A DNA stretch of 64,000 nt from Cenococcum geophilum. Lineage: Eukaryota. The translations under genes and the position numbers were made by a program. Below the pieces are notes generated by a model. That model worked only from the letters and a program-made list of their open reading frames with translations, was not told where the DNA came from and did no database searches. Every line of letters starts with the position of its first letter. Position 1 is the stretch's first letter. Positions 62,501-64,000 of this stretch are shown here, in pieces. The DNA lies in the NCBI GenBank assembly GCA_050273025.1, contig CP158635.1, positions 23,064,001 through 23,128,000 of the forward strand, in the 5' to 3' direction.

Positions 62501-64000
62501 TAATCTATAGGTATTACTAGCTTTACTCCCTCTTACGCAATCTTAAAGTATATTTGCGTAAGGAATCCTTTAAGCTTTAATTTTTCTCCTAAAAATCTTT
62601 TAATTAATAGTAACTTAACCTTTATTGCGCCTATCCCGTTAATCCTATTTTCTAACATTATATTATTTTCTATTAGCTGGTTAACTATCTCTTATAGTTG
62701 TCCGACCGTTATAGGTTGCTATAAATTAGTATCTGCTATACTAGTGTTGTTACCTAACCTTAAAGTAGTTACCGCCGTTAATAGCGTTATAGTGGCTGCT
62801 TTTAGTGGCATATTGTTTAACTTTCTGTGTTTAATACCGTAACTAGGTAGTAATTATATAACGGAACCTTATAGCAGGAACTATAATAGGCTTATTAATA
62901 GGCTAGGTGTATAGGAAATGCAAACTAAAGTTAACAACGTAATAATAACTAGTAAAGTAGTTGCCTAATAAATTAACTCTAATTGTATTCTAAGAATTAC
63001 TATAAGAAAGGAACTATCTAGGTAGGGACTAAGGGTCCTTAAATACACAACCGTACTCCTATAAAATCCTTCTTATACGTAATATACGTGCGCTTTATCT
63101 ACTCTATAACGGATTACGTAGATCGTATAGATTATATAAATTATATTATATAACCTTAGTTACCATTCCTCGTCATATAGTTCTATTGGCTCCATCCTAG
63201 ACCATGCCTGTATTAACCAACTAGCTTCTTCCAACTCCTCTCTAAATAGTCGTAACATTGTACTTAAAGCGTCCGTAACATTTTTAGCCTTTTAGACCCG
63301 CTTCTTATACCTAGCTAGACAAGCCTAGATTCCTTAAAAAGATTTACTACTAGACCTCTTTAACAAGCTTACCCTAGACCTATAGCGGGCCGTATTACTA
63401 GCTTTTACTACTATATAGACATTAAAAGAACTTATAGACTACTGCCTAGCTATTAACTAAGGCCTTTATTAAATTAAGGTATAAGCTAACCGGATAAAGG
63501 CTAGGAATCCTTTAAATTAAGCTATAAGTAATATAAGAACGGCCCGTAATACCCTAGTATAACCTATAACGCCTACTACACCGGCTACTAACCTAGTAAC
63601 TAGCCGTGTAGCTAGCCCTACCGCGGGCTAAGCGCTTACTTAGCCTACTTACAGCGACCCCTATATATAGGCCCTTAGTAATTAAGGGGCTTGCTTTTTT
63701 ATACGGTTAAAAAGGCTACCCTATAAGGAACTACCTAATAAAGGTAAAAGTAGACAAGGTTTTATTAATCTAGGAGGATAATATAAAGTTAGAAAAAAAG
63801 GAACCTTAGAGAATAACTCCTCTCTAGGGTTAAAAGGGATTAATATATTACATGTTAATCTAGGTCGGCTAGTTAGTAGAAGAAGCTATACTATCCCTTA
63901 TACTTTATTCCGCAATAAATATTAAGTTTTAATCTCTACCTTAGCTAACTCTAAAGCAAATACCTTTACCTTAATTAATACTTAGTGTGCCGTAAAGCTA

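Larger units (their letters stand above)
52965..63280 (-). mobile_element. Full-length RIP-degraded chromodomain-bearing Gypsy retrotransposon B
   Basis: 424-bp LTRs (52965-53388 and 62857-63280); TSD TTTTT; polypurine tract at 53389-53408. Gag from ~62811, protease ALIDS ~59740, RT ~56800-56200, RNase H ~55900-55570, integrase ~55020-54650 and chromodomain YKVKWIGY ~54220. Confidence 0.93.
45838..64000 (+). mobile_element. RIP-degraded Gypsy LTR retrotransposon A (host of nested insertions; continues beyond the window)
   Basis: 5' LTR ~45838-46030. Gag reads across the 52964/63281 break (METF-LAF*TRFL..LFNKLTLDL*RAVL). CCHC-knuckle remnant ~63690-63735; protease remnant TLANSKA (D-S-G) ~63940. 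Confidence 0.78.

Overview
Nuclear DNA of a filamentous ascomycete (Pezizomycotina). This is inferred from short GT-AG introns with CTRAY branch sites, fungal gene families and RIP-type damage. Positions 1 to ~42.6 kb are gene-dense. Housekeeping genes are POL3, mitoribosomal mL38 and uL4m, mtIF3, ATG16 and CSN5. There is also a head-to-head thymine 7-hydroxylase / iso-orotate decarboxylase pair, and CE4 deacetylase, DUF427, amidase, AsaB/CmcJ-like and two F-box genes. Non-self-recognition genes comprise a HET-domain gene and an NB-ARC-TPR NLR lying head-to-head with a HeLo-like/kinase-like gene. Three pseudogenes are present. From 42.6 kb to the end is an AT-rich, RIP-mutated transposon block that can be resolved by target-site duplications (TSDs). 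It starts with a composite hAT-type non-autonomous element holding a minisatellite, a solo LTR and a palindromic MITE. Next is a Gypsy element interrupted by a full-length Copia and a full-length chromodomain Gypsy. The latter holds a 5'-truncated LINE and a ~270-nt highly structured, tRNA-like insert. The best candidates for something new are the NLR / HeLo-pseudokinase-like divergent pair, the structured insert and the composite hAT element. All calls come from reading motifs by eye; no database searches were run, and multi-exon boundaries are manual.
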